The notes: a model not told the origin generated them from the sequence alone. A stretch of 64,000 bases of DNA from an uncultured Planctomycetota bacterium (GCA_963845755.1 CAWJTV010000016.1:1-64000); one strand, 5' to 3'; shown: positions 21,759-34,334, numbered from the stretch's first letter. Translations and numbers: made by a program.

Positions 21759-23108
21759 TCAGATCGACAGCGGCTCGAACAACTCGTCGATCTTCCCCTG
21801 GCTGTCGGCGAAGGAGTCGAGGTGGACGCCCACCTTGTCGAGCAACGTCAGGTGGAGGTTCGCCAGCGGCGTCGGCTTCGCGTAGCGAATATGCCGGCCG
21901 CCCCTCATCTTGCCGGCCGCGCCCCCGGCGACGAGGATCGGCAGGTTCACATGGTCGTGCACGTTCGGGTTGCCCATCCCGCTGCCGTAGAGATACAGGC
22001 CGTGGTCCAGGAGCGAGCCGTTCCCCTCCGGCGTGGCCTTCAGCTTGGCGAGGAACTCGGCGAAGAGCGACACGTGGAACTGGTTGATCTTGGCCATCCG
22101 GGCGATCTTGGCGGCGTCGTTCCCATGGTGCGTGAGCGGGTGGTGCGGATCGGACACGCCGATCTCGGGGTAGGTCCGCCCGCTGGTCTCGCGGGCGAGC
22201 TGAAACGTGATGACGCGGGTGACGTCCCCCTGGAGCGCCAGCACCTGGAGGTCGAACATCAGACGGGCGTGATCGGCGTAGGCGGCCGGTACGCCGACGG
22301 GCCGGTCGAGGTCCGGCAGGGCGCCGTCTTTCGAGTCGGCCTCGGCCTTCTGGATGCGGCGCTCGACCTCGCGCACGGTCTCCAGGTACTGGCCGACCCG
22401 GGCGCGATCCGCCGGCCCGAGCTGGTTCTTCAGGCGGGCGATCTCGTCGGTGACCGAGTCGAGGAGGCTGGCCCGCTTCCTCAAGGCGGCGCGGCGATCG
22501 GTGGCGCTTCCACCCTCCCCGAACAGGCGCTCGAAGACGATTCGAGGGTGGGCCTCGGATGGCAAGGGAGTCGTCGGGGACGACCAGGAGAGGTTGTTCT
22601 GGTAGACGCAGGCGTAGCCGTTGTCGCACTGGCCGACGGTCGAGAGCAGGTCCATCGACAGCTCGAGCGACGGCAAGATCGTCTCCTGGCCGATGTGCTG
22701 GGCGGCGATCTGGTCGACGGTCGTGCCGAGATAATAATCCGTGCTCTCGGTCAACTTCGCCCGGGCCGCGCTCAGGAAGGCGCAGTTGGAGGTCGCGTGC
22801 GTGCCGGGGTAAGCGTTCCGCAGCTCGAGGTTCGTGATCGCCGTCACGTGCTGCTTGACCGGGGCCAGCGAGCTCAGGATCGGCGAGAGCTCGTCGAGGG
22901 TCTTATCGCCCGGAGGCGTCCACCGAGGGGTGTCGCACCCCATCGGCATGTAGATGAACCCCAGCCGCCGGAGGCGGGCCGGGGCGGCCGGGGACGCTGC
23001 CGCGGCGGTCATCGAGGGGATCATCGCGTCCAGGAGCGGAAGGGCCAGCGTCGTCCCCAGGCCCCGAAGGAATGTCCGACGCGGCAGGGCCTTCTTCGTG
23101 ACGATCAT
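21759..23108 (-). CDS. DUF1552 family protein
   Basis: LPRRTFLRG..LALPLLDAM, TVDQIAA, YQNNLSW, HHPLTHH, GNPNVHDH. Confidence 0.9.
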   Translation of the reverse strand: MIVTKKALPRRTFLRGLGTTLALPLLDAMIPSMTAAAASPAAPARLRRLGFIYMPMGCDTPRWTPPGDKTLDELSPILSSLAPVKQHVTAITNLELRNAYPGTHATSNCAFLSAARAKLTESTDYYLGTTVDQIAAQHIGQETILPSLELSMDLLSTVGQCDNGYACVYQNNLSWSSPTTPLPSEAHPRIVFERLFGEGGSATDRRAALRKRASLLDSVTDEIARLKNQLGPADRARVGQYLETVREVERRIQKAEADSKDGALPDLDRPVGVPAAYADHARLMFDLQVLALQGDVTRVITFQLARETSGRTYPEIGVSDPHHPLTHHGNDAAKIARMAKINQFHVSLFAEFLAKLKATPEGNGSLLDHGLYLYGSGMGNPNVHDHVNLPILVAGGAAGKMRGGRHIRYAKPTPLANLHLTLLDKVGVHLDSFADSQGKIDELFEPLSI

Positions 23109-25488
23109 TCGGAAGTCCTCATCTGGAACGGGATGCTGGTGGCGATCCCCACGATCAGCGACGAGAAACGATAATCCTTCGCGTGGGCGTGGTGTACGAT
23201 TTGACGGATGGCCGGGGCATCGAAGGACTCGACGCCCCTCCCCAGGGCGAACGTGAGGAGCTTTTCGGCCAGGGTGCGCGCGAACACCTCGGGGCGTTTC
23301 AGGAGGGCCCGTTCGAGGCCGGTCACGCCCACGAACCGGCTCTCATCGGGCAGGCCGCCCGTCGCGTCGATGGGCCGGCCCTCCTCGATCGTGCGCCATC
23401 GGCCGACGGCGTCGAAGTTCTCCAGCGAAAAGCCGACGGGGTCCATCAGCTTGTGGCAGCCCGCGCAGGCGACGTCCGCCCGATGCTGGGCCAGCCGCTC
23501 GCGGACCGAGAGCGACGACAACACCGTGTTGTCCTTGAGCGCCGGCACGGTCGCGGGGGGAGGCGGAGGCGGCGTGCCGAGGATGTTCTCCAGGACCCAC
23601 TTGCCGCGGATCACGGGCGACGTGCGGTTCGCATAGGAGGTCACCGTCAAGATGCTCCCCTGGCGGAGCAGGCCGCCCCGCACGCCGTCGCTGCCGAGCT
23701 CCACGCGGCGAAAGTGGTTGCCGTAGACGTGCGGGATGCCGTAGTGCTTGGCCAGGCGTTCGTTCAGATAAGTGTGGTCCGATTTTAACAGGTCGAGCAC
23801 ACTACGGTCCTCGCGCACGACGTTCTCGAACAGGAGCTCCGTCTCCTGGCGGAATGCCTGACGCAGGTTGTCGTCGAAGTCGGGGAAGAGGCGCAAGTCG
23901 GGGGTGATCGACTCCAGATTGCGCAGGTGCAGCCACTGGTCCGCGAAGTTGCTCACCAGGCTCCGGCGCGCGGGTCGGCCAGCATCCGCCGCACCTGCGC
24001 CTCGAGCACCTCGGGATTATCCAGTTCCGCGCGCTCTGCCAGGTCGAGCAGCTCGTCGTCCGGAATGCTGCTCCAGAGGAAGAACGACAGTCGGGAGGCG
24101 AGCTGGACATCGGGGACGCGGTAAGCCGAGTGCGGCGCCACGCCGGGCGGCTCCGACTCGATGCGAAAGAGGAACTGCGGGTTCACCAGCACGGCGCTCA
24201 GGGCCATCTCGATGCCCGCGTCGAAGTTTCCATCCGCGCGGGCGCTGCGGTACAGCTCCATCGGCCTCCGGAGGTCCGCAACGGTGACCGGCCTCCGGTA
24301 GGCCCTCCGCGTGAGCGTGGCGAGGATCCGTCGGGCACACGCCTCGTCCTCGTTCGCAGCCTTCGGCTCGCAGACGAAGATCCGGCGTCGGCTGGGCGTG
24401 TCCCCGTGCCCTTCCGAAGCATAGGGCCCGGTGATCGAGACCTGATACAGCGCCGGCGTGAGGCGGGGGTGCCGGTGCGCGTTGTAGTGGGCCTGGTATG
24501 GCTGGCGCTTCGTCTCCAGCAGCGAGGAGGCATTCTTCAGGAACGTCACGCCGAGCTGGTGCGGGCCGGCCGTCAGCCGGAGGCGGGCTTTCAGGTGCGC
24601 GTCGGCGGTCTGATGGTCTCTCTCCGATCGGGGCGGATTCACCGCGAACGACGCCTTTTGCTCGCGGTCCAGCAGCACCACCACCTCATGCGGCTCGCGG
24701 AGGCCCTCGACGTGCTCGTTACGGTCGCGCGACAGGCGAAGCTGGACCTCGTACTCGCCGTCTCGAGGGAAGGTATAAGGGATGATCGCCCCGCCGCGAG
24801 TGCCGACCGGCAGGCCCTCGACGTGCTCCTCCTGGGTGAGGTCCGGACGGATGCGGATCGTGTCGCCGCCGGGGGAACGACCGGGATTCCCCACCGCCAG
24901 CCGGCTGATCTTCTGCGCCGCGGTGATGTAGCGGTCCAGGAGCGTCGGCGAGAGGTCGCCCACCGTCACATTGTCGAACCCGTGGCTCGACTCATCCTTC
25001 GGCAGCAGTGCCGTTGCGTCGATATCGAGCGCCAGGAGGTCGCGGATGGCGTTCTGGTACTCGGTCCGGTTCAGCCGCCGGAACGTGTCGGTCCGGCCGG
25101 GATCGGGCCGCTCGGCGGCCGCGCGGTCGAGCGACCCCGCGAGCAAGGACACGAACGAGTCATACGTGCGCCGCGACGGTCGCACCTCCTCTCCCGGAGG
25201 CATCTGGCGTGCGACGAGCTTCCGCACGACTTTTTCCCAGTCGTCCGCGTTCCGGCTCACGTCTTCCGAGCTGATCGCGTCGAGGGCCAAACCCGCCGTC
25301 TGGTCATCGCGGTTATGGCACGCCGTGCAGTACAGATCCACGAACTGACCGATCGCTTCGCGCTCGTTCGGGCTCCCCGGAGTGGACGGAGGAGCGTTTT
25401 TGTTCTGGGCGGCGCTCGAACTCATCAAGCCGCCGACCAGGAACAGAATCGACACCCCGCAGAGGCCGCGAGTTCCCCATCGATTCAT
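23105..25488 (-). CDS. DUF1592/DUF1588-type planctomycete cytochrome c protein, frameshift near 23960
   Basis: CTACH and CAGCH heme motifs; RRLNRTEYQNAIRDLL, LASRLSFFLWSSIPD, TSPVIRGKW. Confidence 0.9.
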
Positions 25489-25752
25489 GAGGCCAAGCTC
25501 CGACATCGATGACCGATGAACGCAGTTAATGAGGATGGCGGTTACGTCGCGAACGAGCGATGCCGGCCTGGGAAGGCGTGACGCGCCGGCAGGAGGTTTG
25601 GCGATTTCCGATTCCCGCGCCCCGCGATTCTCTACCCGACCCTCAAGGATACACGCTGAACCGGGGAAAATCACGCCCTTGCCGGGATCGGAGAAGATGG
25701 TCTTGAGATCCAGGATCGTCCCGGGACGACAGCAGTGCGGTTCGAGAACGGG

Positions 25753-26688
25753 TCAGTCCATGGCGACCAAAGCGCGCTCGGCCAGGATCACGGCGCCGCG
25801 GACGGGGTCGGGGACGAGCGTCAGGGACGGTCGGTAGCCCCGTTGATTCAAGGCATCGACCATCGCCTGGCGCATGGCGGTTGCGGACAGGATGAAGCCG
25901 CCGGCGGCGGCCAGGGGGAGCGATCCGGACGACCAGCCGAGCATGCGGGCGACGGCGGCGACGGTCTCGGCGAGCGCGGCACCGGCGGGTGCCAGCAGCC
26001 GGGCCCCGTCCTCGGGCGATTCGGTACAGGCCGCGAGGACCTCGGGGGCCATCGCGGCGATCCGGGCGCGGGTGAAATCCGGCGCGTAGACCGCGGTCAC
26101 GATCTGAGACGACTGGACCACGCCGAGTGCCCGGCAGAGCCGAGCGGTGAGCGGGTCGGGGCCGGCCGGGCGAGGGTCGCGGCCGTCGTCACGACGGGCC
26201 ACCAGGCGGAGGGCGTCCAGGACGAAAACATAGGCACTGCCTTCATCGCCGATAAGGTGCCCCCAGCCGCCGGCACGCGCGGTCCGACCATCGGGCGCGC
26301 GGCCCACGGCGATCGAGCCGGTGCCCGCGATCACCCCGATGCCCCAACCGTCCGGCGTGCCGGCCGCGACCACCAGGTCGCCGTCATTGACCAGCACCAG
26401 CCGGCGCGCCAGCCGTGACTCGTCGGCCCAGCCGGTGAGGATCTTGCGATCGTCGGGCCGGTCGAAGCCCGCCAGCCCGAGGCATGCCACATCGACCGGG
26501 GCCGGCTCGAGTCCGGCGTCTTCGAACGCGGCGCCGCGCGCCGCGTCGAGCGCCCGGCGCGCGGCCTCCAGGCCCACGGCCTTGGCGTTTGAAGGCCCCG
26601 ACGTACCCCGGCCGAGGACCCGTAAACCCGGCTCGGCGAGCCAGGCCTCCGTCGCCGTACCCCCACCATCGACTCCCAGAAACATCAT
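25753..26688 (-). CDS. BadF/BadG-family N-acetylglucosamine kinase
   Basis: LGVDGGGT, NDG, IAGTGS, GGWGHLIGDEGS. Confidence 0.9.
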   Translation of the reverse strand: MMFLGVDGGGTATEAWLAEPGLRVLGRGTSGPSNAKAVGLEAARRALDAARGAAFEDAGLEPAPVDVACLGLAGFDRPDDRKILTGWADESRLARRLVLVNDGDLVVAAGTPDGWGIGVIAGTGSIAVGRAPDGRTARAGGWGHLIGDEGSAYVFVLDALRLVARRDDGRDPRPAGPDPLTARLCRALGVVQSSQIVTAVYAPDFTRARIAAMAPEVLAACTESPEDGARLLAPAGAALAETVAAVARMLGWSSGSLPLAAAGGFILSATAMRQAMVDALNQRGYRPSLTLVPDPVRGAVILAERALVAMD

Positions 26689-26689
26689 A

Positions 26690-27600
26690 TCAATGACCAA
26701 TGATTAAGGACTCGAGAACCAGGCGGACCTGTCCACCGTGGGCATCGAGAAGCGCCTGGGCCGCATCGGGCTCGACGTTTGCCAGCGCGACGACCAGGGC
26801 GCGTTTCAAGTGCCCCCCACACTGTGCCAGGATCTCGCGGGCTCGGTCGTCGTCGATCTCCGCCAGCTCGCGGAGCATGCGGCGGCTGCGGATCCGCAGC
26901 TTCTCGTTGGTCGGCCGAAGGTCCACCATCCGGTTGCCGAGCGTCTTGCCGATCCGCACCATCGCCCCGGTCGAGATCATGTTCAGGACCATCTTCGTGG
27001 CGGTCCCGGCCTTCAAGCGGGTCGAGCCGGAGATGACCTCGGCACCGACAAGAGGAGCAATCTCGAGATCCACCTCGCCGCCCAGCAAGCTGGGCCGGTT
27101 GCAGGCGATCCCGACCGTGGCCGCCCCACGCCGCCGCGCCTCCCGGACGCCGCCCAGGACGTAAGGCGTCCGCCCGGAGGTGGCGATCCCGAAGACCAGG
27201 TCAATCGCGCCGACTTCCAGCGCGGCGACGTCGGCCGCACCGCGATCGGGGCTATCCTCCGCCCCTTCGACGGCCCGCGTCAGCGCCGTCGCCCCCCCCG
27301 CGATCAGTCCGACCACCATCTCGGGTGGCGTGCTGAAAGTCGGCGGGCACTCGGCGGCATCGAGGACTCCAAGGCGCCGGACGTCCCCGCGCCGATGTAG
27401 ATCAAACGGCCGCCGCGGCGAAACCGGTCCGCCGCCCACTCGATCGCCCGCGCGATCGATTCGGACTCGGCCCCGACGGCCTCTACCACCTTGGCATCCT
27501 CGGCGTTCATCAGCCGGACGATCTCGAGCGGACTCAGCGCATCGATCGAAGCGGAGTGCGGGTTGCGCGCTTCGGTCAGCAGGTGATCTTCAAGGGGCAT
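26690..27600 (-). CDS. murQ: N-acetylmuramic acid 6-phosphate etherase, frameshift near 27385
   Basis: [53 protein letters not shown]. Confidence 0.92.
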
Positions 27601-27831
27601 GATCAATGTTGGCGATTTCCATGGTTGCCTCCTGACTCAACTAAGTCTAGTCTGTTTCGCCCAGAGCAACAATCCGGCTCAAGCCGCCTCACAACCGAGA
27701 ATCCGGAGAATTGATCGGCTGGTCTGGTCGCAGGACCAGCCCAAACGCAAGGCCACGGCACCCAACGACGGTGGGGCCCGCAATACATCGCGAAGCCCCA
27801 CCCCGGCTGTAGAGGCTGATCCCGATGTCCG

Positions 27832-30800
27832 TCACTTTCTCGACGGACGTTCGGGGATGGAGACGGCGAGCATGACGAAGGCACTCAGGCGGGCCTCGGG
27901 AGACTCGATCGACGCAGCCAGATCCATGGCGACGGCGACGTTGCCGCGCCGGGCCAGATTGCCGGCGATCTGCGAGAGGGCGGCATCGCGCCCCACGGGT
28001 GGCAGGGCCTTCGCCTTGCGGACGGCCGCTTCGACGTTGCCCATAGTCGTGAGAGAGTGCCGGAGCATCGACTCGCGATAGAACTGGACTTGCGCCCGGT
28101 CGAGCTCGAGGTCGAAATCGATGAACGTATCGCGACCGATGGACCTCAGGGTCATCACCTTGCCCGGTAACGGTGTCCCGGCTGCCTTCGATTCGAGGCA
28201 GGCCACCGCTTGGCTCAACAACTTCGCGGAGGCCGCCGCATGACCGGCATCCTCTTGCCAGTGCGCCAGGACCGACAGGGCTCGTGCCTTCTCGAGGCCC
28301 GGGTATTCGCGGATGGCATCGATGGTCCGCTGGGCTCCATCGGCATCACCGGCGCGGCCCTGGGCATCCGCGAGCATGGTCAACACCCGGGAGCGCCGCG
28401 GTTCGGGCTGGGTGAGAGCGAGGGGGATTGCCTCGGCGACGATCGACTTCGCGGCATCGCGACGGTTGCATTCGGCGTTCTTCTGGGCGATCACAATCAG
28501 GGCGACGAGCTTCTGGTCCTCGGCCGCGATGGCGCGGGCGAGGGACTCCGCCTCGCCGATCGTGGCGACGGCGGCCGGCGGGTTGCCGGCCTCGGACTGC
28601 ACACCGGCGATAAGGGCGAATGTGACAGGCTTGACGGCATCGTAGAAGCCGTCGCTCGGCCCGGGGAAATCCGACCGTTTCAACTCGGGGATCGACCGGG
28701 CCGTCGCCAGGGCGCCGGCGGAATCACCGGCGCGGGCCTGGAGATGAGCGACAATCGCCAGGGTCCGGGCCTGCATTTTCGCATCGCCCGACGCACGCAC
28801 CGCGGAGACAACCTTCGGCAGGACGACACGAGCCGCAGCCGGGTCCTTGGGCCTCATCGACGGCACGCCAATCTTGATCGCAATGCCGGCCGGGTCGAAC
28901 AAGGGATTACCGTGGTCGTCGGTCGTGATCTGATCGAGGATCCGCTCGATGGCCGCCGGCTGCGCCCGCGGCGACAACTCCCGGACCACCGCGAACGCCT
29001 CATCAAGATCGCCGGCTTCGAAGAGTGATTGTGCGACAATCGGCAGGACGAAATCCCGGGCCTCCGGTTCGGCCAGCGCGCGTGCGGCCTGCCGCGCCCG
29101 CTTGATCAGGTCGCGGCCCCCTTCCGAGTCGCCGGCCTTGATGAGGTATCCGCCCAGGGCCCCGAAATACGCGGTCTTCGCGGGGCCCTTCGGTGACCCG
29201 ACGTTGTCGATCAGTCGATGGATCAGAGCACGTGCTCGGACCAGATCACCCAGGGCGATGTACTGATCGATCAGGTAGACCGCCGCTTCGCCGACGAACG
29301 CGGCTTCCTCGTCGTTCAACCGCCGGGGCCCTTCCTCTTTCTTGGCGAAGGCGTCATCCATCTCCTTGCCCACCTGCTCGATCGCCCCGCGGACCGCGCC
29401 GTGATCGAGCATGTCGAGCTGACGGGTCGCCCGGTCGAGGACCGCGCGGGCGCCATCGAGGTCGCCCGCATCGCGTCGGATCTCGGCGGACTGGGCCAGG
29501 GCGGCGAATCGCGTCCACGTACGGAGGTCCGCTTTCGCCCCCGACTTCGGAAGAGCGGGTTCGGCCAGGCCGTCGAGCCGGCGGACCGTTGCAAGGGCCG
29601 CGGCGCGATCGCCGACCTTGAGCTGGGCCCGCGCGATCTCGATCAGGGCAAAGCCCTTCTCGTCGTAGAGGTGGCTCGCGTCCTTGGCATCCGCGACGCG
29701 ATCCGGCAGCGCGAGGACGCGCTCCGCCAGCCGTTCCAGGGTTTGGCGGGCCGTGCCGTCCGGGGCGGGCTCCGGCGGCCTGGCGTGGGCCGCCAGCGTC
29801 ATCGCCGTACCGGCGATCGCGGCGGCGAGCAGTCCGAGCCCTTCGGTCAGGGTCATCTTCATCGAACGATCCTCCATGTCCAGGATTCGACGGATCCGTG
29901 TCGTGAGCGGGCGCTCGGCCATCGCCAGCGCCATCGATGGCGTCCCGGGGCCTGCCCCGGCCAGGGCCGCGAGCATCCGGGCGTACGCCTGCGGTCGGCC
30001 TGTGTGCTCGACCACGAGCCGGTCGCAACACAATTCGCGCTCGAGGCTCACCCAGGCCGACAGCCACCAGGTCACCGGGTGGAAGAAGAGCAGCGACTCC
30101 GCGAGCCGCTGCAAGAGCGTGATGAGGTTGTCGTGCCGCCGGATGTGGGCCAGCTCATGCAGCAGGGCCATCTCAACCTGCTCGATGGTCCAGCCGCTGA
30201 GTGCCGCCGCCGGCAGGAGGATCATCGGGCGCAAGACGCCGATCAGTACGGGCGCGGTGAGTCGGTCGCAGATGGCCACGCTCACGCGGTGGGCGACCCC
30301 GAGGGAATCCGCCAGGGCGCGACATTGCCGCGCGATTGTCTCGGCTTCCTGGGGCCGGCTCGACCGCCGCAGCCGTTCGACGCCGATCAACCCGGTCGCG
30401 ACCAGGGCGAGCGTCGCCAGCGAGCCGGACAGCCAGACGCCGGGCAGGTAACCGACTAGCGGCTCGAACCGCGCGGAGAGCGGAATGCGTGCCGGCGCGT
30501 CGGGCAATCCGTCGACCGGCCCGTGCAGGTCGAGGGCTGGCAGCGAAGCCGTGACGACCGCCGCCGGTCCGTCCGGCGACGCGATGCGGCCGGCCTGCGC
30601 GCGGGCCAGGCCCGCTGCAATCTCGGGCTGGTAGAGCCATGCGAAGAGCAGGACGGGCGCGGCCGTCAGGCCCAGGAGACAGGCGACGGCCGTTCCATGG
30701 CGGACCTCCGGCCGCGCCGGGCGCAGGAGCCGCGCAAGAGCGCGGCGGCCAGCCCGGCGGCGGCGCCGATCCAGACGAGGTGCAGCATGGTCCAGCCGGC

Positions 30801-30842
30801 CGCGGTCCAGGCGGCGGAGATTGAGATAGAGTATGGGCTCAT
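27832..30842 (-). CDS. BlaR1/M56 peptidase with long helical-repeat C-terminal domain, frameshift near 30745
   Basis: LLHELAHIRRHD, FFHPVTWW, ERELCCD; start overlaps the BlaI stop. Confidence 0.88.
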
Positions 30843-31246
30843 CGCTTGCCCCCCTTCCCCACCGTCGGGTCGGAGTGCGCTTCGAGCAGGGCCCGGATCT
30901 CGGCGCGATCGCGGTCATCGAAGGCGCCCTCCTGGATCAGGTGGGCGACCAGGCGCCGGGCCGAGCCGTCGAAGACGTGCTGAACGAGCTTGCCGAGCAA
31001 GCCCGTGGCTGTGGACCCGCGGCTGGCCGCGGCCGACCAGAGATAACCGCGCGGGCCATCCTCTCGTGCCGCGAGGCCCTTGGCCAGCATCGTCTTGAGC
31101 GTCGTGGCGATCGTTGTCAGCGCCACCTGGCGACGCTCCTGGATCACCGAGTGGATGTGCCCCAGTCCGGTAGGGCCTCGATCCCAGAGGACTCGCAGGA
31201 TCTCCAGCTCGGCGTCGGTCGGCTGAGTGCTGGGCGGTCTGGCCAT
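30839..31246 (-). CDS. BlaI/MecI/CopY family repressor
   Basis: PTDAELEILRVLW, LTTIATTL, VFDGSARRLVAHL. Confidence 0.92.
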   Translation of the reverse strand: MARPPSTQPTDAELEILRVLWDRGPTGLGHIHSVIQERRQVALTTIATTLKTMLAKGLAAREDGPRGYLWSAAASRGSTATGLLGKLVQHVFDGSARRLVAHLIQEGAFDDRDRAEIRALLEAHSDPTVGKGGKR

Positions 31247-31479
31247 GGAAGCTCCTTCTTCCCGGGTTTCCTTAAGGTTTGGCAGATCGGATGCGGTTTC
31301 TACAGAAATCGAACCGATGAGTCAACAGCAGTCCCGCGCGGTCGCCAAGGAGGACGGACGCCTGTGCCCGGACCCGGCCGGATGAAGGGACCGGGCTGTC
31401 GGTACTGGCAGTTCCGTTGTGGAAATTTTATCTTGAGATTGCAGCATCGGTCACAGTCGCTCGGGCGGTGAGAACCCTA

Positions 31480-31695
31480 ATGGACCCCAAGCCCAGGCCC
31501 AATCACCGGATCTACATCCAGATCCTCCGGTCAATGACCCCCGAACAGAAGCTCCTGAAAGTCTTCGAGCTTTCGGAATTCTCGAAGGCTCTCTTCACGG
31601 AGGGCCTGCGGCAGCGGTTCCCCGACGTCACGGAGGAGGAGTTTCGCCGAATCCTGTTCGATCGGCTCGAGAAATGTCACAACAGGAATTACTAA
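31480..31695 (+). CDS. Small protein paired with the nucleotidyltransferase (possible TA-like partner)
   Basis: 71-aa ORF (LRSMTPEQKL...GLRQRFP) overlapping the start of the next gene. Confidence 0.65.
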   Translation: MDPKPRPNHRIYIQILRSMTPEQKLLKVFELSEFSKALFTEGLRQRFPDVTEEEFRRILFDRLEKCHNRNY

Positions 31696-32391
31696 GACGG
31701 GTCGTCCAGACCCTCGAGGATCTGAATGTCGAGTACATGGTGACCGGATCGGTGACATCCGGCATCCAGGGAGAGCCGCGGTCGACCCACGACATCGATC
31801 TCGTCGTCGATCTGTCCGGAGAGGCGGCGGACCGATTGCTGGGGTCGTTCTCCCCGAGCGAGTTCTACATCTCCGACCAGGCGATCCGAGAAGCGTTATC
31901 CCGGCGGACCATGTTCAACCTAACGCGGCCTTCGGCCGCAACCCAATCGGGATTCCCGATTCGCGATTCCGGACTCCCGAAGGGGAATGATCCGGGAATC
32001 CGGAATCGCGAATCCGGAATTCGGAATCCCCAGATGCGCGCAGGGCGCAGGGATCCTACCGAGGAAGACTCTGATCGACCTGGCCAGCGGAGATAAGGTC
32101 AACTTCTGGATCCTGACCGACGAACCGTTCGACCGGTCGCGGTTCGCCCGCAGGCGGATCGCGGATGTCTTGGGGCTGCGTTTCCCGGTTTCGGCCCACG
32201 AGGACACGATCCTCATGAAACTTCGATGGGCCGAGCTGTCGGGAGGGAGCCAGAAACAGTTCACCGACGCCTTGCGAGTCTACGAGGTGCAGCATGGCGT
32301 CCTCGACTTCGACTATCTGAACGAGTGGGCGAGTCGGCTCGGCGTCGAATCGCTCTGGCAACGGCTGCGTGACGAGGCAACACCCCTCTGA
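31674..32391 (+). pseudogene. Minimal nucleotidyltransferase-like protein interrupted by a 151-bp insertion
   Basis: YMVTGS...PRSTHDIDLVV motif; MFN|LIDLASGDKV rejoins in frame on removing 31920-32070. Confidence 0.8.
31920..32070. repeat. Miniature palindromic insertion with inverted heptamer arrays
   Basis: GCGGCC-TTC-GGCCGC hairpin, then (G/C)GA(T/C)TC(C/G) x4 facing (G/C)GAAT(C/T)(C/G) x5. Confidence 0.8.
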
Positions 32392-32402
32392 AAACCCGGG
32401 AG

Positions 32403-34240
32403 ATGATCCCCATGCGACGAGCTATCCGCATACTGATCGTGTTGCTCATGACCGGCGTGCCGGCCTTCGGCGACGAACCGACCCTCCAGGGCGAGTGGCG
32501 AACCAGCCTGGGCGTCGTGACGTTCAAGCCGGAGGGCGATGCGCTGGTCGCAACGTTCACCAACCCCCAGATCTCGCCGGTCAAGTGCACCGTGAAGAGG
32601 AAGACGGCGCCGCCGAATAACGAGGAGGGCCCGAAGCCGGGCGAGGCGAAGCTGACGATCGACGACTCCGGCCTCGCGTTCTCGGGCTCCTGCCAGTTCG
32701 CCAACGGCCGGCGAATCCCCTGGAGCGGCTGGCGCCCCGACCCCGACGCGACCAAGGCCGAGACCGGCCGGTTCGATGGGCTCTGGCTGACGACGATCGG
32801 CCTCATGGAGCTGGAGCAGACCGGCGACAAGGCCAAGGGAAACTACGCGGTGCGCGGCACCTCGAAGATCGAGGGGACGATCACCGGCCGTCAGCTCGAC
32901 TTCCGTTACCAGTGGTTCCGCCCCGGCAAGGGCTGGTTCGACCTGAGCAAGGACGGCAAGACGTTCGAAGGCGCCGCCGTCGGCGACGGGGCGGATCAGT
33001 GGTACGGGTGGAAAGGCCGGCGCGCCCGGAATATCTCCGGCACGTCCCGCTCGTGGCCGGCAAGATCGTCGACGGGTCCACCAAGAACCTCCTCACCTAC
33101 AGCGTCCGCGCGCCCGAAGGCTACAAGGCGGCCGATTCCAAACGATGGCCGGCCATCGTCGTGCTGCACGGCTCGAACATGAACGGCACAGCCTACGTGA
33201 ATACCCTGGCGCAAGCCTGGCCGGAGATCGCCCGCGATTACATCATCCTCGGTATCAACGGCGAGATCGCCTCGGATATCGGCGAAGATCCCCGGTTCAA
33301 CTTCAGCTATGTGAATTACGTCGGCCGCAGCACGTATCGGGGGTTCCCCGGCACCGATCGCGAGAGCCCCGCGCTGGTGGCCGAGGCCCTGACCGATCTG
33401 AAGCAGGCGTACCCGATCGCGCGCTACTTCGTCGGCGGCCATTCCCAGGGCGGCTTCCTCACCTACAGCATCCTCATGAATACCCCGGAACTGATCGCCG
33501 GCGCATTCCCGATCTCGTGCGGCGTGATCTTCCAGTGCGAGCCGTCGGCCTACAAGGACGAGGCTCTGCTCAAGGCCCAGCGGTCCGTGCCGCTGGCGAT
33601 CGTCCACGGCCAGAACGACCCCGTCGTCAATTTCGGCATGGGGAGCTACGCGGCCAACGCCTTCGGCGAATCCCGATGGCCCGCGTTCCACTTCTTCACC
33701 AGCGATACGGCGGGTCACATGTTTGCCCGTCTCCCCGTCGGCGAGGCCATCCGATGGCTCGAGTCGCTCTCCTCCGACGACCCCGAGGTCTTGCTGGGCT
33801 TCGCCGAGAAGCAGCTCGCGGCGGGCCGCTACCGCGACGCCGTCGCCGCGCTCCGCCGCGCGAAGACCCAGGCGCTGACCGACCCTCAAAAGCAGCGAGC
33901 CGACGACCTCGCCAAATCCATCGACGCCAAGGCCAGGGCCGGCGCCGACGAGTTCCTCCCCAAGATCCAGAAGAATGCGGACGGATCCTGGGTCAACGGT
34001 TTCCTGGCCTATCGCGACGAGTTCGAGTTCGCCGACGCGGCCCGCAAGGCCATGGATGCCTTCGAAGCCCTTCGCAAGCAGCATGAACCGCTCGCCGAGA
34101 AAGCCTTCGGCGAGGGCCTCACGGCGTTCCGCCAGGGCAAGCGCGACGAAGGGTTCGCCAGGTACCAGGAGATCGTGGACAAGGATTATGCCTCGGCGCG
34201 CTACCGCAACATCAAGGAGCAGTTGAAGTCGCGGAAGTAG
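32403..34240 (+). CDS. Secreted alpha/beta hydrolase with N-terminal beta-repeat domains, frameshift near 33025
   Basis: Signal peptide; VVLHG, GHSQGG nucleophile, HGQNDPVV, AGH. Confidence 0.8.
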
Positions 34241-34334
34241 TCCAAATCCGTGCTGGACCCGGCCGACACTATCTGATAAAACGTACACGTTGCTGATGGT
34301 GTCGGCGTTGGGGCTACAGCGCGGAGGAATACCG

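Noticed and set aside
20111..25512. Long plus-strand ORFs (20111-21580, 21822-23174, 24130-25512)
   Set aside because: Antisense shadows of the ankyrin, DUF1552 and DUF1592 genes, common in high-GC DNA.
31949..32029. CRISPR-like repeats
   Set aside because: Degenerate 7-mers with no spacers; no CRISPR array or cas gene seen anywhere in the window.
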